Shown here piece by piece: positions 19,282 to 27,416 of a stretch of 35,792 bases of DNA (position 1 is its first letter; each line of letters opens with the position of its first letter). The notes under the pieces are model-generated. The model was not told where the DNA came from. It searched no databases and saw nothing but the letters and a program-made list of their open reading frames with translations. The translations under genes were made by a program, and so were the position numbers. Source of the stretch: a virus. Lineage: Duplodnaviria > Caudoviricetes. The stretch is taken from positions 1-35,792 of IMG/VR virus record IMGVR_UViG_3300032226_000348. One strand, written 5' to 3'.

Positions 19282-20319
19282 ATGGCAACCTTAAATAACA
19301 CAACAATCAACGACACTGGGTTTTTAACTCTGCCAGTAAACTCTGCTTCAACAGCGGGAAGTCAAGGCAGTCTAAGATACAATCCTCAGTTTGGTAGATT
19401 AGAATATTATCATACTAGAGATGTTTCAAGATGGGAAAATTTGACCAATCCGTTCTTAACAAGATCTATTTCAACTACAGGCTACCTTCATGGCGGATAT
19501 GCAGCCAGTACAGTATGGAGTGTTACCAACAGAATCAATTACCAAACCGATACCACAATTAATCTTGGGGACACTCAGGAAACTGCACACAATTATCAAG
19601 TTGGTGCATTTAATAGAACTAGAAATTTTACCTGGGGAGCGTCTGGTACTCACTGTGGTCCTTCTAATGCAACTATCTGTTTCAATATGAGAACTGAACA
19701 ATCTCAGACTTCTGGATACACTAGAACATTCCCAGTGAGCCAGACCAGTGCAGGCACAGTGCAACAAGAAGAATACTATTCTTGGTGGCAGATGAGCGGA
19801 TACAGCGCCAACATCTATGAATTTAATCTAACTACAGAAACTGGATACACCGGTTATGCTCAAGCAAACATAGGCAGTTATGTTTGGGGAACCAGCCATG
19901 AGAATTATGGAATATTTTGGTCCAACGGTGGTGCCCAGACTTGGACATTTGCAAATAGAACAGGTGCTGCTCGAGCTGGTACAACACCTAGTGGCGACGG
20001 ATATCAAAAATCAATCCAGTTTAAACAAGGCTATCACTATGCTGGTCGTGAGGGTAATCCAAGCACCAACTGGCGTAAAACCAATTTCTTTACCAATTCA
20101 TCAGCAGATGCTGTAGGTGCTAAACCTTATTTTAGTGGCGAGGAAAACATGTTCACAGCTCAAGATTGGGGATATGCTGTAGGTTGGTACCAAGGTGTTC
20201 ACGTTAACACAGCATTCAAGTTTGTCTATGCCACTGAAGCAGGATACGGCACCACTACCAGTCTAGAAGCCAAAGGAAAAGTTGGTAATAGTTCAGGAGT
20301 GATGAGCTGGAGAGATTAA
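19282..20319 (+). CDS. Fibre-associated protein, paralogue of the C-terminal domain of 17333..19276
   Basis: Likely start is ATG 19282 (MATLNNTTINDTG). Shares PFLTR..T.Y..GGY, HNY, FNMRTEQ, SHEN.G, QKS.Q, SGEEN..QD, SLE.KGK.G.SS...WRD* with the upstream gene. Confidence 0.75.
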   Translation: MATLNNTTINDTGFLTLPVNSASTAGSQGSLRYNPQFGRLEYYHTRDVSRWENLTNPFLTRSISTTGYLHGGYAASTVWSVTNRINYQTDTTINLGDTQETAHNYQVGAFNRTRNFTWGASGTHCGPSNATICFNMRTEQSQTSGYTRTFPVSQTSAGTVQQEEYYSWWQMSGYSANIYEFNLTTETGYTGYAQANIGSYVWGTSHENYGIFWSNGGAQTWTFANRTGAARAGTTPSGDGYQKSIQFKQGYHYAGREGNPSTNWRKTNFFTNSSADAVGAKPYFSGEENMFTAQDWGYAVGWYQGVHVNTAFKFVYATEAGYGTTTSLEAKGKVGNSSGVMSWRD

Positions 20320-20323
20320 AGTT

Positions 20324-20331
20324 TATAAATA
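20324..20331 (+). promoter_or_regulatory. T4-type late promoter (TATAAATA, perfect consensus)
   Basis: Exact T4 gp55 consensus in the intergenic gap, upstream of GAGG RBS and ATG 20356. Confidence 0.75.
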
Positions 20332-20355
20332 TGTTTTTATAAAAAAGAGGAATTT

Positions 20356-21207
20356 ATGCCAGATCGTATAATGGAATATCATTCAGACAGATTTAACAGT
20401 GAAATTAATTCTGATGTGAGTATGCTGTCAGAAAGAGACAAAGAGTTAATCAAAAAATCGTTAAACAAAGAATGGACCAATCCAAAATTTAAACTCAGGT
20501 GGTTTGTGGGTCAGGCGCAGATCACTCCTTTTGCAAAGTTTCGTCAATGGCTATTGGAAATCAAAACCAAAGAAGAAGCCATCGAAAATATGGAATATGA
20601 ACTAGCAAAACATCAAGTAGAAATCGAACGCTTCAAACGACTAAGAGACGCATCTACAGATGATCTTGATAAAAGAATGGCCGAGATCGAAATGTGGAAT
20701 CTTGAAAGGCTACTCTATATGAGCAAGCGTAGAATTCAAGATTGGTACCTAGAGCGTCAACATCTAGTAGACCTACTTAAAGAATTTCTAGACAGTGACG
20801 AAGCCAAGTTAAAAGATGGTAGTGGCCGTACCTATATGGATATTATAGATACTGAGGAAGAAGATCATTTTGAAGCTGAAATTTGGACTAATAGACTGGC
20901 CAAGCAAGCAGCCTGCGACTTAATTTTCTACGGAAGAATAAACAGCGGTAACATGGATGCTATCCTTACCATGAGTGCAGAACAACAAGCAGAAACATTA
21001 GCATTGGGACTAAATTTTGCCACGCAGTTGCAGCAGTATACCAATAATCTACAATTAAAGATAGATGATAAATTAAAATTACAGAATTCGTTAGACAGCT
21101 TTGATCTAGTAAAACCTGCAGCTATTGTAGATACAGAAAAAAATGTTCAAGCCAAGCCTAACGGTGCTGTTCCACCTGGAGGTCTTTTAGATGTATATAG
21201 TTTATGA
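20356..21207 (+). CDS. Hypothetical alpha-helical/coiled-coil phage protein
   Basis: 283 aa, E/K/L-rich heptad-like stretch (EIKTKEEAIENMEYELAKHQVEIERFKRL), GAGG RBS. Confidence 0.7.
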   Translation: MPDRIMEYHSDRFNSEINSDVSMLSERDKELIKKSLNKEWTNPKFKLRWFVGQAQITPFAKFRQWLLEIKTKEEAIENMEYELAKHQVEIERFKRLRDASTDDLDKRMAEIEMWNLERLLYMSKRRIQDWYLERQHLVDLLKEFLDSDEAKLKDGSGRTYMDIIDTEEEDHFEAEIWTNRLAKQAACDLIFYGRINSGNMDAILTMSAEQQAETLALGLNFATQLQQYTNNLQLKIDDKLKLQNSLDSFDLVKPAAIVDTEKNVQAKPNGAVPPGGLLDVYSL

Positions 21208-21724
21208 AGCAATTTCAAACAGTGATCCTAGATTTGATCCAAAAATTCAAGAAATTGGAAAATTTTGGCATTATACAGTAGCATATATTGCTCCTACAGA
21301 TGAGTCCTCTGTGATAACCAGTTGGTTAAAAGGTGAAGAAGTTTCAGAAGCTGTAGCCAAAGCAAATAAATTTGCCTGCGCAAGCCATGGTGAACTAACA
21401 GTAGTAAATAAACTAGCTACAAGATACGAAGACATTATCAGTCCCACTAGCTACAGCGATAACAATTATAAAAAAGACATTTATTTTCTAACACCTCAGA
21501 ACAAAACCGATTCAGTGACATTTATCAAAATTGTCATGAAGCAGTATGCTAACTCTAAGGCACCAGAAGATGTTGCCGCAAAATTAGTTGAAAAAATCGA
21601 AGCACTTGATGCCAACGATCTAGATGCAGCACAGTATTTTATGTATTGTTATTTTCCTTGGAGCATATATGCCACCGAAGGTCGTACAAGAACTAGAGAA
21701 TTCGAAGTACCCTGGATACTGTAA
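21191..21724 (+). CDS. Hypothetical phage protein
   Basis: 177 aa, overlaps upstream stop, GGAGG RBS at 21178-21182. Confidence 0.65.
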   Translation: MYIVYEAISNSDPRFDPKIQEIGKFWHYTVAYIAPTDESSVITSWLKGEEVSEAVAKANKFACASHGELTVVNKLATRYEDIISPTSYSDNNYKKDIYFLTPQNKTDSVTFIKIVMKQYANSKAPEDVAAKLVEKIEALDANDLDAAQYFMYCYFPWSIYATEGRTRTREFEVPWIL

Positions 21725-21742
21725 CCACTATTAAATTAGATC

Positions 21743-21782
21743 AATCACGCTACGGATAATTAATATTAACCTTAGCGTGATT
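21743..21782 (+). promoter_or_regulatory. Hairpin (AATCACGCTA...TAGCGTGATT) enclosing a late-promoter-like GATAATTA; possible terminator or translational control element
   Basis: Perfect 10-bp inverted repeat at 21743-21752 and 21773-21782. The 3' arm runs into a T tract and ATG 21787 is 4 nt later. Confidence 0.6.
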
Positions 21783-21786
21783 TTTA

Positions 21787-23469
21787 ATGAGAAAAATTTT
21801 TAGCGTACCACTTAATCCAAAATTAACACCAAATCAATACATAGAGTTTTTTGAATTTTTAGAAGAATACAAAGACTTTATACGGGATGTGTATTTTACA
21901 TCTCGCATAGCCCCTTTTCATCAAGATGCTATGGGAGACATCTTCTTACTCCAAGAAGATTATGGTGTTGCTATAGATGCGGCCTTGTATATCCAAGATA
22001 ATTTAGGCATACCTATAAGCGCCACATTTAACAACATACAAGTTCCTCCAACTCAAAAAAATCTAGATATTTTTATCAAGAATTTTAAACCTCTTTATGA
22101 TAGAGGAATACATAGTGCAACAATCCCGCACACACATTGGATGGCCACAGGGCAAATTAAAGCTGCCTTTCCTAAGCTATATGTAAAAAACACAATCCTA
22201 AGAGAGGTACATACTGCTCAAGAGGTAGTTGACCTTGCCAAATACGGCTTTGATTATATCAACTTAGATCGAGATCTTATGCGATCACGATCAACATTAT
22301 TAGAAATTAAAAAAGCCAAAGCATATATTAAAAAACAATTTGGAAAAGATATTGCTATCAGCTTGTTAGCCAATGAAGGATGTATAGGCGGCTGTCCTAT
22401 GATGACTGAGCATTTTCATTATAATAATACTCGATCAGGTAACGATCCTCAATACTTTAACGATCCTATAAGCCGTACTAGTTGCAAAAAATGGGATGTC
22501 GAAGATCCTAGTGTATTTCTAAAGACCGCAAACTTTACTCCTTGGCGCGAAGACTGGGATGATTTTATTGATAATCTTGGCATTGACAGTATTAAAATGC
22601 ACGGCCGCGAAGCAGCATCTAGGCTCTATGAAACTATGGACATTATAAAAAGATACGCTGCAAAAGAAGAATATTTGTTTTCTACCTTTGATCAGTTCCT
22701 TAATGAAACTAATCTAGTGGAAAAGCCCATCAATATTTGGCGAGAAAAAATTAGAGATTGTAAATTTGAATGTTGGGATTGCAATTTTTGCGACAAGCTC
22801 TACGAAAAGAAAAGTGATATTTCTCATTCTGAATTGACTATGCATGTGGTTGAAGCAATTTCTAGGTCTGGAATCCCAACAACTAGAGTAGACATTCCTG
22901 GCCTTACAAGCCCTAGAGTTCAAACTCTGTTAAACAACCTAGCCCAGGGTGTTGACACCTATATGGAAATTGGCGCTGCAATGGGATCTACATTTTGCGC
23001 TACTATAAAAGACAATCCGTTGACTGCCATCGCCATTGACAATTGGAAACAAAATATACAACCAGCAACAAATAACATAGATAAACTCCCAGACAATACC
23101 GTCCAGGCATTTATAGAAAATGTTAAAAAGTACAAAGGCAATAGCAATATTACTATATACGATCGAGACATGTTTGCTGTTGATTTAGGCATACATCTAA
23201 ATCAAATTAAACTATGGTTCTACGATGGTCCTCATGATCATCAAAGTGTTAGTCAGGCAGTAGAATTTTACCACCCCTGTTTCGCACAAGAAGCAATTTT
23301 AGTTTTTGATGATGCTAATTGGCAAGGAGTAGTTGACGGAGCAAGAGAAGGAATCAATGCAAGTCAATTAAAGGTGCATTTTGAAAAACTCATGCTTAAC
23401 GAAGAAGAAGATCCAAGCGGATGGTGGAACGGATTGTACATAGTTGTTATTTCAAAGAGGATTTCATGA
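21787..23469 (+). CDS. U32-family (Fe-S, TIM-barrel) protein fused to a class I SAM-dependent methyltransferase (Methyltransf_24-like)
   Basis: U32-like motifs GFDYINLDRDL, LLANEGCIGGCP...H, IDSIKMHGR and Cys cluster CKFECWDCNFC. C-terminal YMEIGAAMGST, AIDNW, FYDGPH, LVFDDANW match Methyltransf_24-type motifs. Confidence 0.75.
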   Translation: MRKIFSVPLNPKLTPNQYIEFFEFLEEYKDFIRDVYFTSRIAPFHQDAMGDIFLLQEDYGVAIDAALYIQDNLGIPISATFNNIQVPPTQKNLDIFIKNFKPLYDRGIHSATIPHTHWMATGQIKAAFPKLYVKNTILREVHTAQEVVDLAKYGFDYINLDRDLMRSRSTLLEIKKAKAYIKKQFGKDIAISLLANEGCIGGCPMMTEHFHYNNTRSGNDPQYFNDPISRTSCKKWDVEDPSVFLKTANFTPWREDWDDFIDNLGIDSIKMHGREAASRLYETMDIIKRYAAKEEYLFSTFDQFLNETNLVEKPINIWREKIRDCKFECWDCNFCDKLYEKKSDISHSELTMHVVEAISRSGIPTTRVDIPGLTSPRVQTLLNNLAQGVDTYMEIGAAMGSTFCATIKDNPLTAIAIDNWKQNIQPATNNIDKLPDNTVQAFIENVKKYKGNSNITIYDRDMFAVDLGIHLNQIKLWFYDGPHDHQSVSQAVEFYHPCFAQEAILVFDDANWQGVVDGAREGINASQLKVHFEKLMLNEEEDPSGWWNGLYIVVISKRIS

Positions 23470-24971
23470 TACATAGAGTTAGAAAAATAATTGTGTTTGG
23501 CGGTGGTACCAGCGGCTGGTTAACAGCCGCCTACCTAGTAAAAAATTTAAACAATCCTACAGAAGTTGTGTTAGTAGAAGATTCTTCAGCAGGCCCACTT
23601 GGAGTAGGTGAAGGAACACAGCCTTTCACTGCACAGTTTCTTTATGATTGTGGTATTACACCAGAAATGTGGATGAAAGACAGTGATGCTAGCTTTAAGC
23701 TAGGAGTTGAGTTAATAGGATGGAATCAAGATCCCTATTTTGTAGATAACGATAGTTCGGATAATTGCGTAGTTGCTGAAAATTTGTACACTCCGGAATA
23801 TTTTGCCAACAAGCCCCACGAAGAATTTAATAAATGGCACCCAGCATACAACTTAGCCAAGGCAAATAAGTCTTTAAAAATTAAAGATCATTTGGATTTA
23901 AATTTTCAAATGGGACCACAGGGCTACGGTGCTGTACATTTCAATGCTTACAAGATTATAGATACTGTTAAAAAACTTATCATTGATAAGATTACCTATG
24001 TTGATACCAAGATCGAAAATATTAGTAAAGACATTCACGGAATTACCAAGCTAGTTGATAGCAATGGCGTAGAATATAAAGCAGACATCTATTTAGATTG
24101 TACTGGTTTTCAAAGTTTGTTAGTAGGAAAAACGCTAGAAACGCCATTCCAGAGTTATGAAGAGTGGTTACCTAACGATCGAGCAGTAGTAATTCCTACA
24201 CAATATAAAAATCCACAAGAAGAATGCCATCCTTACACAAAAGCAACAGCTATGAATTCTGGATGGATGTTTACAATTCCAAACTTTAAACGAATCGGCA
24301 ACGGTTATGTTTACAGCAGTAAGTTTATCAGTGACGAAGATGCTGAGAAAGAACTGAGAGAAAAGATAGGAGAGTTCGAAGCTCCTGCAAGATTCATAAA
24401 AATGAGATGCGGTTTTCAGAAAGCAATTGCTGTAAAGAATGCCTGTGCTATTGGGCTCAGTGCGGGGTTTGTTGAACCGCTGGAAGCTACTGGTATTACA
24501 TTTACTACTAGTGTGGTAAAATCAGTAACTGATCTTCTCAATATGTATAACAATATTTGGAATGAAGAAGTTAAAGCACATCTAAATAGAGGTTTCTATG
24601 AAATGTCTATAGAAATATTAACCTTTGTTTGGGCGCATTATCATTTCAGCACTAAGGATGATACAGCTTATTGGCAGCATATTAGATCAATAAAAATAAC
24701 TGATCTTCCAAAAGAGAGTCAATTTGTTATAGGGCATTATTATCCTAATCCCCCAAAGTTTTTATTTTTTAGTCCTGCATCAATGTTTAACTGTGTGCAA
24801 TGGTTTAGTATGATACATGCCGGTGGTGGTTACAAAGATGTGTCATATGAAATTGACCCAAGGGTTAATCAATACTACGAATACTTTTTAGAAACACTGT
24901 CATTCAAAACTGAAAAAGCTAAAAACTTATTTCCTAATCACTACGACTATCTAAAAGAATGGTATAGTTAA
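23466..24971 (+). CDS. Flavin-dependent halogenase (tryptophan halogenase/PrnA family)
   Basis: Likely start is ATG 23466 (ATGA overlap with the upstream stop). GGGTSGW FAD motif, GVGEGT, ASFKLG (catalytic Lys position), DCTGF, GWMFTIP, GNGYVYSS, FVEPLEATG. Confidence 0.88.
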   Translation: MIHRVRKIIVFGGGTSGWLTAAYLVKNLNNPTEVVLVEDSSAGPLGVGEGTQPFTAQFLYDCGITPEMWMKDSDASFKLGVELIGWNQDPYFVDNDSSDNCVVAENLYTPEYFANKPHEEFNKWHPAYNLAKANKSLKIKDHLDLNFQMGPQGYGAVHFNAYKIIDTVKKLIIDKITYVDTKIENISKDIHGITKLVDSNGVEYKADIYLDCTGFQSLLVGKTLETPFQSYEEWLPNDRAVVIPTQYKNPQEECHPYTKATAMNSGWMFTIPNFKRIGNGYVYSSKFISDEDAEKELREKIGEFEAPARFIKMRCGFQKAIAVKNACAIGLSAGFVEPLEATGITFTTSVVKSVTDLLNMYNNIWNEEVKAHLNRGFYEMSIEILTFVWAHYHFSTKDDTAYWQHIRSIKITDLPKESQFVIGHYYPNPPKFLFFSPASMFNCVQWFSMIHAGGGYKDVSYEIDPRVNQYYEYFLETLSFKTEKAKNLFPNHYDYLKEWYS

Positions 24972-25535
24972 ATGCCTGTGCCTATTTTTTCTGCAGATTT
25001 TTTTCATCGGTCTGAAGTTGGGTTAGATAAAATAGCTCAGCTGCAAGAAGAAATATTGTCAGCAAAGAAAACCGAAGCCAGTACAGAGTACACTAATGAC
25101 AGATGTTGGCGCTCATCTCGTAGGTACAATATCTCTTGGTTAGTTAATGAAGTTATTTCGTTAACTAATCAGGCTGTAGAATTTTATCGTGACCGCGACT
25201 CTGTTTTTCGGACAGCCTATAAAAATCAACCTTTTAAAATCAATTATTGGACAAATGTAAATAGCCCAGGTGCTAGAAATGTGTTACACTCACATGAAGA
25301 TTGTTGTTTTTCGTGTGTTTACTATATACAAGCAACCGGTACTGGAGATTTAAGACTGTTAAATCCTGCTAATTTGTTAGGGCGAGTGAATAGGGCAAGT
25401 CCATTTACTAGAGACTTTTATTTCAGCCCCACAGAAGGAGATTTAATTTTGTGGCCGGCTTGGGTTCCGCATGAAGTAGAACCAAATTTATTAAATAAAG
25501 ATAGAATAAATATTACCTTCGACATAACTGTATAA
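24972..25535 (+). CDS. Putative 2OG-Fe(II) oxygenase (TIGR02466-like)
   Basis: W.NVN..G..N..HSH, SCVYY, P.EGDLILWP.W..HEV.PN, RINITF. Confidence 0.8.
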   Translation: MPVPIFSADFFHRSEVGLDKIAQLQEEILSAKKTEASTEYTNDRCWRSSRRYNISWLVNEVISLTNQAVEFYRDRDSVFRTAYKNQPFKINYWTNVNSPGARNVLHSHEDCCFSCVYYIQATGTGDLRLLNPANLLGRVNRASPFTRDFYFSPTEGDLILWPAWVPHEVEPNLLNKDRINITFDITV

Positions 25536-25551
25536 GATTAGGAGTTTAATT

Positions 25552-25980
25552 ATGCCATTACACGAACTTAGATCAAACGAGTATTTTACTTTTACACAAA
25601 AATTAAGAAATGCAGGAGACGATTCTTATTTGAAACACAAAGTAATAAAGGATCGACAAAAAGCTAGAGAGTTATTAACTGCCTTGTTGAAAGACAGAGA
25701 AGTTATTATTTTTTATTCAGACAACGGTACTGAAAAAACTATCATTGGTACGCTTAAAAAATTATTAGAAAAAGAATATTGGCCTGAATTAGAACCAATT
25801 CCTAAAACACTGGTATCTATAAACGACACACTAGTACCTCAAGAGCATCATATTGCTTTTTGGGAATTTCCTGCAAAAGAAGCAAAACTTATTCACATAG
25901 ACTCTATAACTAAGTTTATGACTAAGTTAGACGGACTAGACTCTGCTTGGTTTCAAAAGGTAAAAGATGAAAACAGATGA
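25552..25980 (+). CDS. Hypothetical protein, possibly WYL_2/DUF2693-like SH3 barrel
   Basis: 142 aa with AGGAG RBS. Loose similarity to the pattern L..LL....V...Y...G..K...GTL...IP...(I/V)..W; the family call is weak. Confidence 0.55.
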   Translation: MPLHELRSNEYFTFTQKLRNAGDDSYLKHKVIKDRQKARELLTALLKDREVIIFYSDNGTEKTIIGTLKKLLEKEYWPELEPIPKTLVSINDTLVPQEHHIAFWEFPAKEAKLIHIDSITKFMTKLDGLDSAWFQKVKDENR

Positions 25981-26554
25981 TTTTATCGAAGTTTATGATA
26001 ATGTTTTGTCAAGAGAAGAATGCGAAACAATTATCAACTATTTCGAACATATGAAAACTCACGAGCTTGTATTTGATCGTCGAGACTCAGAAAAAACACC
26101 AAGGCACGAAAAAGACGATGAGACTTGTTTTTTATTTGATCCTGATGGTTTTTTATTAGATCGAACACATCCTATTCTTCAGACTGCGTTACGAAAGTTT
26201 TGGGATTGCTATAAAAATTATTCAGAAAAATATAGTATTATACAGAAATCAGCGCCTCACGGAATTATTAGTATGCGCCTGCAGAAAACAAAACCAGGTG
26301 GCGGATATCATATTTGGCATTACGAAACACAAAACGGAAGGCTGTATACCGGTAGATTTGCAACCTATATGATATACCTTAATACTATTCCTGTAGGCGG
26401 CGAAACAGAATTTTTATACCAGCACTCTAGGATTAGTCCGGTAGAAGGTAGAATAGTTATTTGGCCAGCAGGGTTTACGCATACTCACCGAGGCAACCAA
26501 CCCATAGGCAAAGAAAAATATGCAATTACAGGTTGGGTGGAGTTTCTTGAATAA
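25967..26554 (+). CDS. 2OG-Fe(II) oxygenase (prolyl-4-hydroxylase-like)
   Basis: QKT..GGGYHIWHYE (HxE), MIYLN...GGETEF, WPAGFTHTHRG, KY.ITGW. Confidence 0.85.
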   Translation: MKTDDFIEVYDNVLSREECETIINYFEHMKTHELVFDRRDSEKTPRHEKDDETCFLFDPDGFLLDRTHPILQTALRKFWDCYKNYSEKYSIIQKSAPHGIISMRLQKTKPGGGYHIWHYETQNGRLYTGRFATYMIYLNTIPVGGETEFLYQHSRISPVEGRIVIWPAGFTHTHRGNQPIGKEKYAITGWVEFLE

Positions 26555-26764
26555 TTAAAAAATCAGCTTCCACGGTTTTTTAAATGTTTTTTTAAAGTAT
26601 TCAAAAGATGCTTCGTCGAATATTATCATGGTATTACGACTAGGATCTAATTTGTAATGAGCCTTAAACTGATTATCTTCGGCCCATTTTCGAACATAGG
26701 TATACCCTTCGCAAGCTCGCAAGTGTTTGCGAGCCATGTACGGCATTGTTTCAACTTTATACAT
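26555..26764 (-). CDS. Small hypothetical protein
   Basis: 69 aa ORF filling the gap in the - strand gene run. Confidence 0.55.
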   Translation of the reverse strand: MYKVETMPYMARKHLRACEGYTYVRKWAEDNQFKAHYKLDPSRNTMIIFDEASFEYFKKTFKKPWKLIF

Positions 26765-26770
26765 AGTGTC

Positions 26771-27034
26771 TTAGGAAAATTCTTTTAGCTTTGTATCTAG
26801 GTGCCTGCGCAATTCCATCAACTTGGTTCTTGATTCAGGAACAGTTGATGAAATAGTTTTCTTATCGAAGATATCTCTATGTTGACTGTCTATCTGTCGA
26901 ACTTCTTTTAACAGATCATTCAGCTTTGAACTTAATTCTTTTTTAACAGTTTCATTTTGAATCCGTGAAATTTTTTCACTAAACATAGTAAATTCTTTTT
27001 TGAATACTTCGCTATTTTCTATAGTGTTCAGCAT
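26771..27034 (-). CDS. Small helical hypothetical protein
   Basis: 87 aa, GGAG upstream on the - strand, overlaps the upstream gene end. Confidence 0.6.
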   Translation of the reverse strand: MLNTIENSEVFKKEFTMFSEKISRIQNETVKKELSSKLNDLLKEVRQIDSQHRDIFDKKTISSTVPESRTKLMELRRHLDTKLKEFS

Positions 27035-27404
27035 TTTCCAACTCCATTATAGTATCAATTTTTGTGCGTATCAGTTGATTATTTAATGTGGTCTTTAGAC
27101 CACTATGTAATTGCTTAGGAAGATGATCTAGGTTGCACCATGCTAGTGTAGGCACAGCTTGAGTTAGAAATTCATCAGCAACTAAACACACATAGGTACC
27201 GTACTCAAAACCGCGATCTTCGCTAAGGTATAACTCGATAGGCAGTATTCTACCTGAGTGATAATCCTTAAGTAGTACATCAGCATCTTCTAACAGTGAC
27301 GCAGATCTAGCAAATGTGGGCACAGTCCACTTCTCATCTTGAAGGATGAGAAGGATTCTACCTGTAGTCCTTGCTAGAAATAATAAACCGGCACGCTGTT
27401 GCAT
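27012..27404 (-). CDS. Degenerate NUDIX-fold-like protein (Nudix box not recognisable)
   Basis: AGLLF...TGRILL...W..P, F.Y.TY...V..EF and W...D.LPK.LH.GL resemble phage NUDIX scaffolds; no GX5EX7REUXEEXGU. Confidence 0.5.
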   Translation of the reverse strand: MQQRAGLLFLARTTGRILLILQDEKWTVPTFARSASLLEDADVLLKDYHSGRILPIELYLSEDRGFEYGTYVCLVADEFLTQAVPTLAWCNLDHLPKQLHSGLKTTLNNQLIRTKIDTIMELENAEHYRK

Positions 27405-27408
27405 TCAG

Positions 27409-27416
27409 TACTTATT
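27409..27416 (-). promoter_or_regulatory. Late-promoter variant AATAAGTA, 4 nt before ATG 27404
   Basis: The - strand reads AATAAGTA-CTGA-ATG. Confidence 0.4.

Noticed and set aside
1423-20116. Many short antisense or alternate-frame ORFs (for example 5908..6453, 15836..16255, 17563..17856)
   Set aside because: They are shadow ORFs nested in long genes with biased codon use and have no recognisable motifs.
18360-20319. Similar 3' ends of 17333 and 19282 as a possible DGR template/variable repeat
   Set aside because: The similarity is at protein level with general divergence, not adenine-specific, and no reverse transcriptase is present in the window.
21787-22820. Collagenase/protease annotation for the U32 domain
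   Set aside because: This is a legacy family name. Characterised members act in Fe-S-dependent hydroxylation, and no protease catalytic motif is visible.
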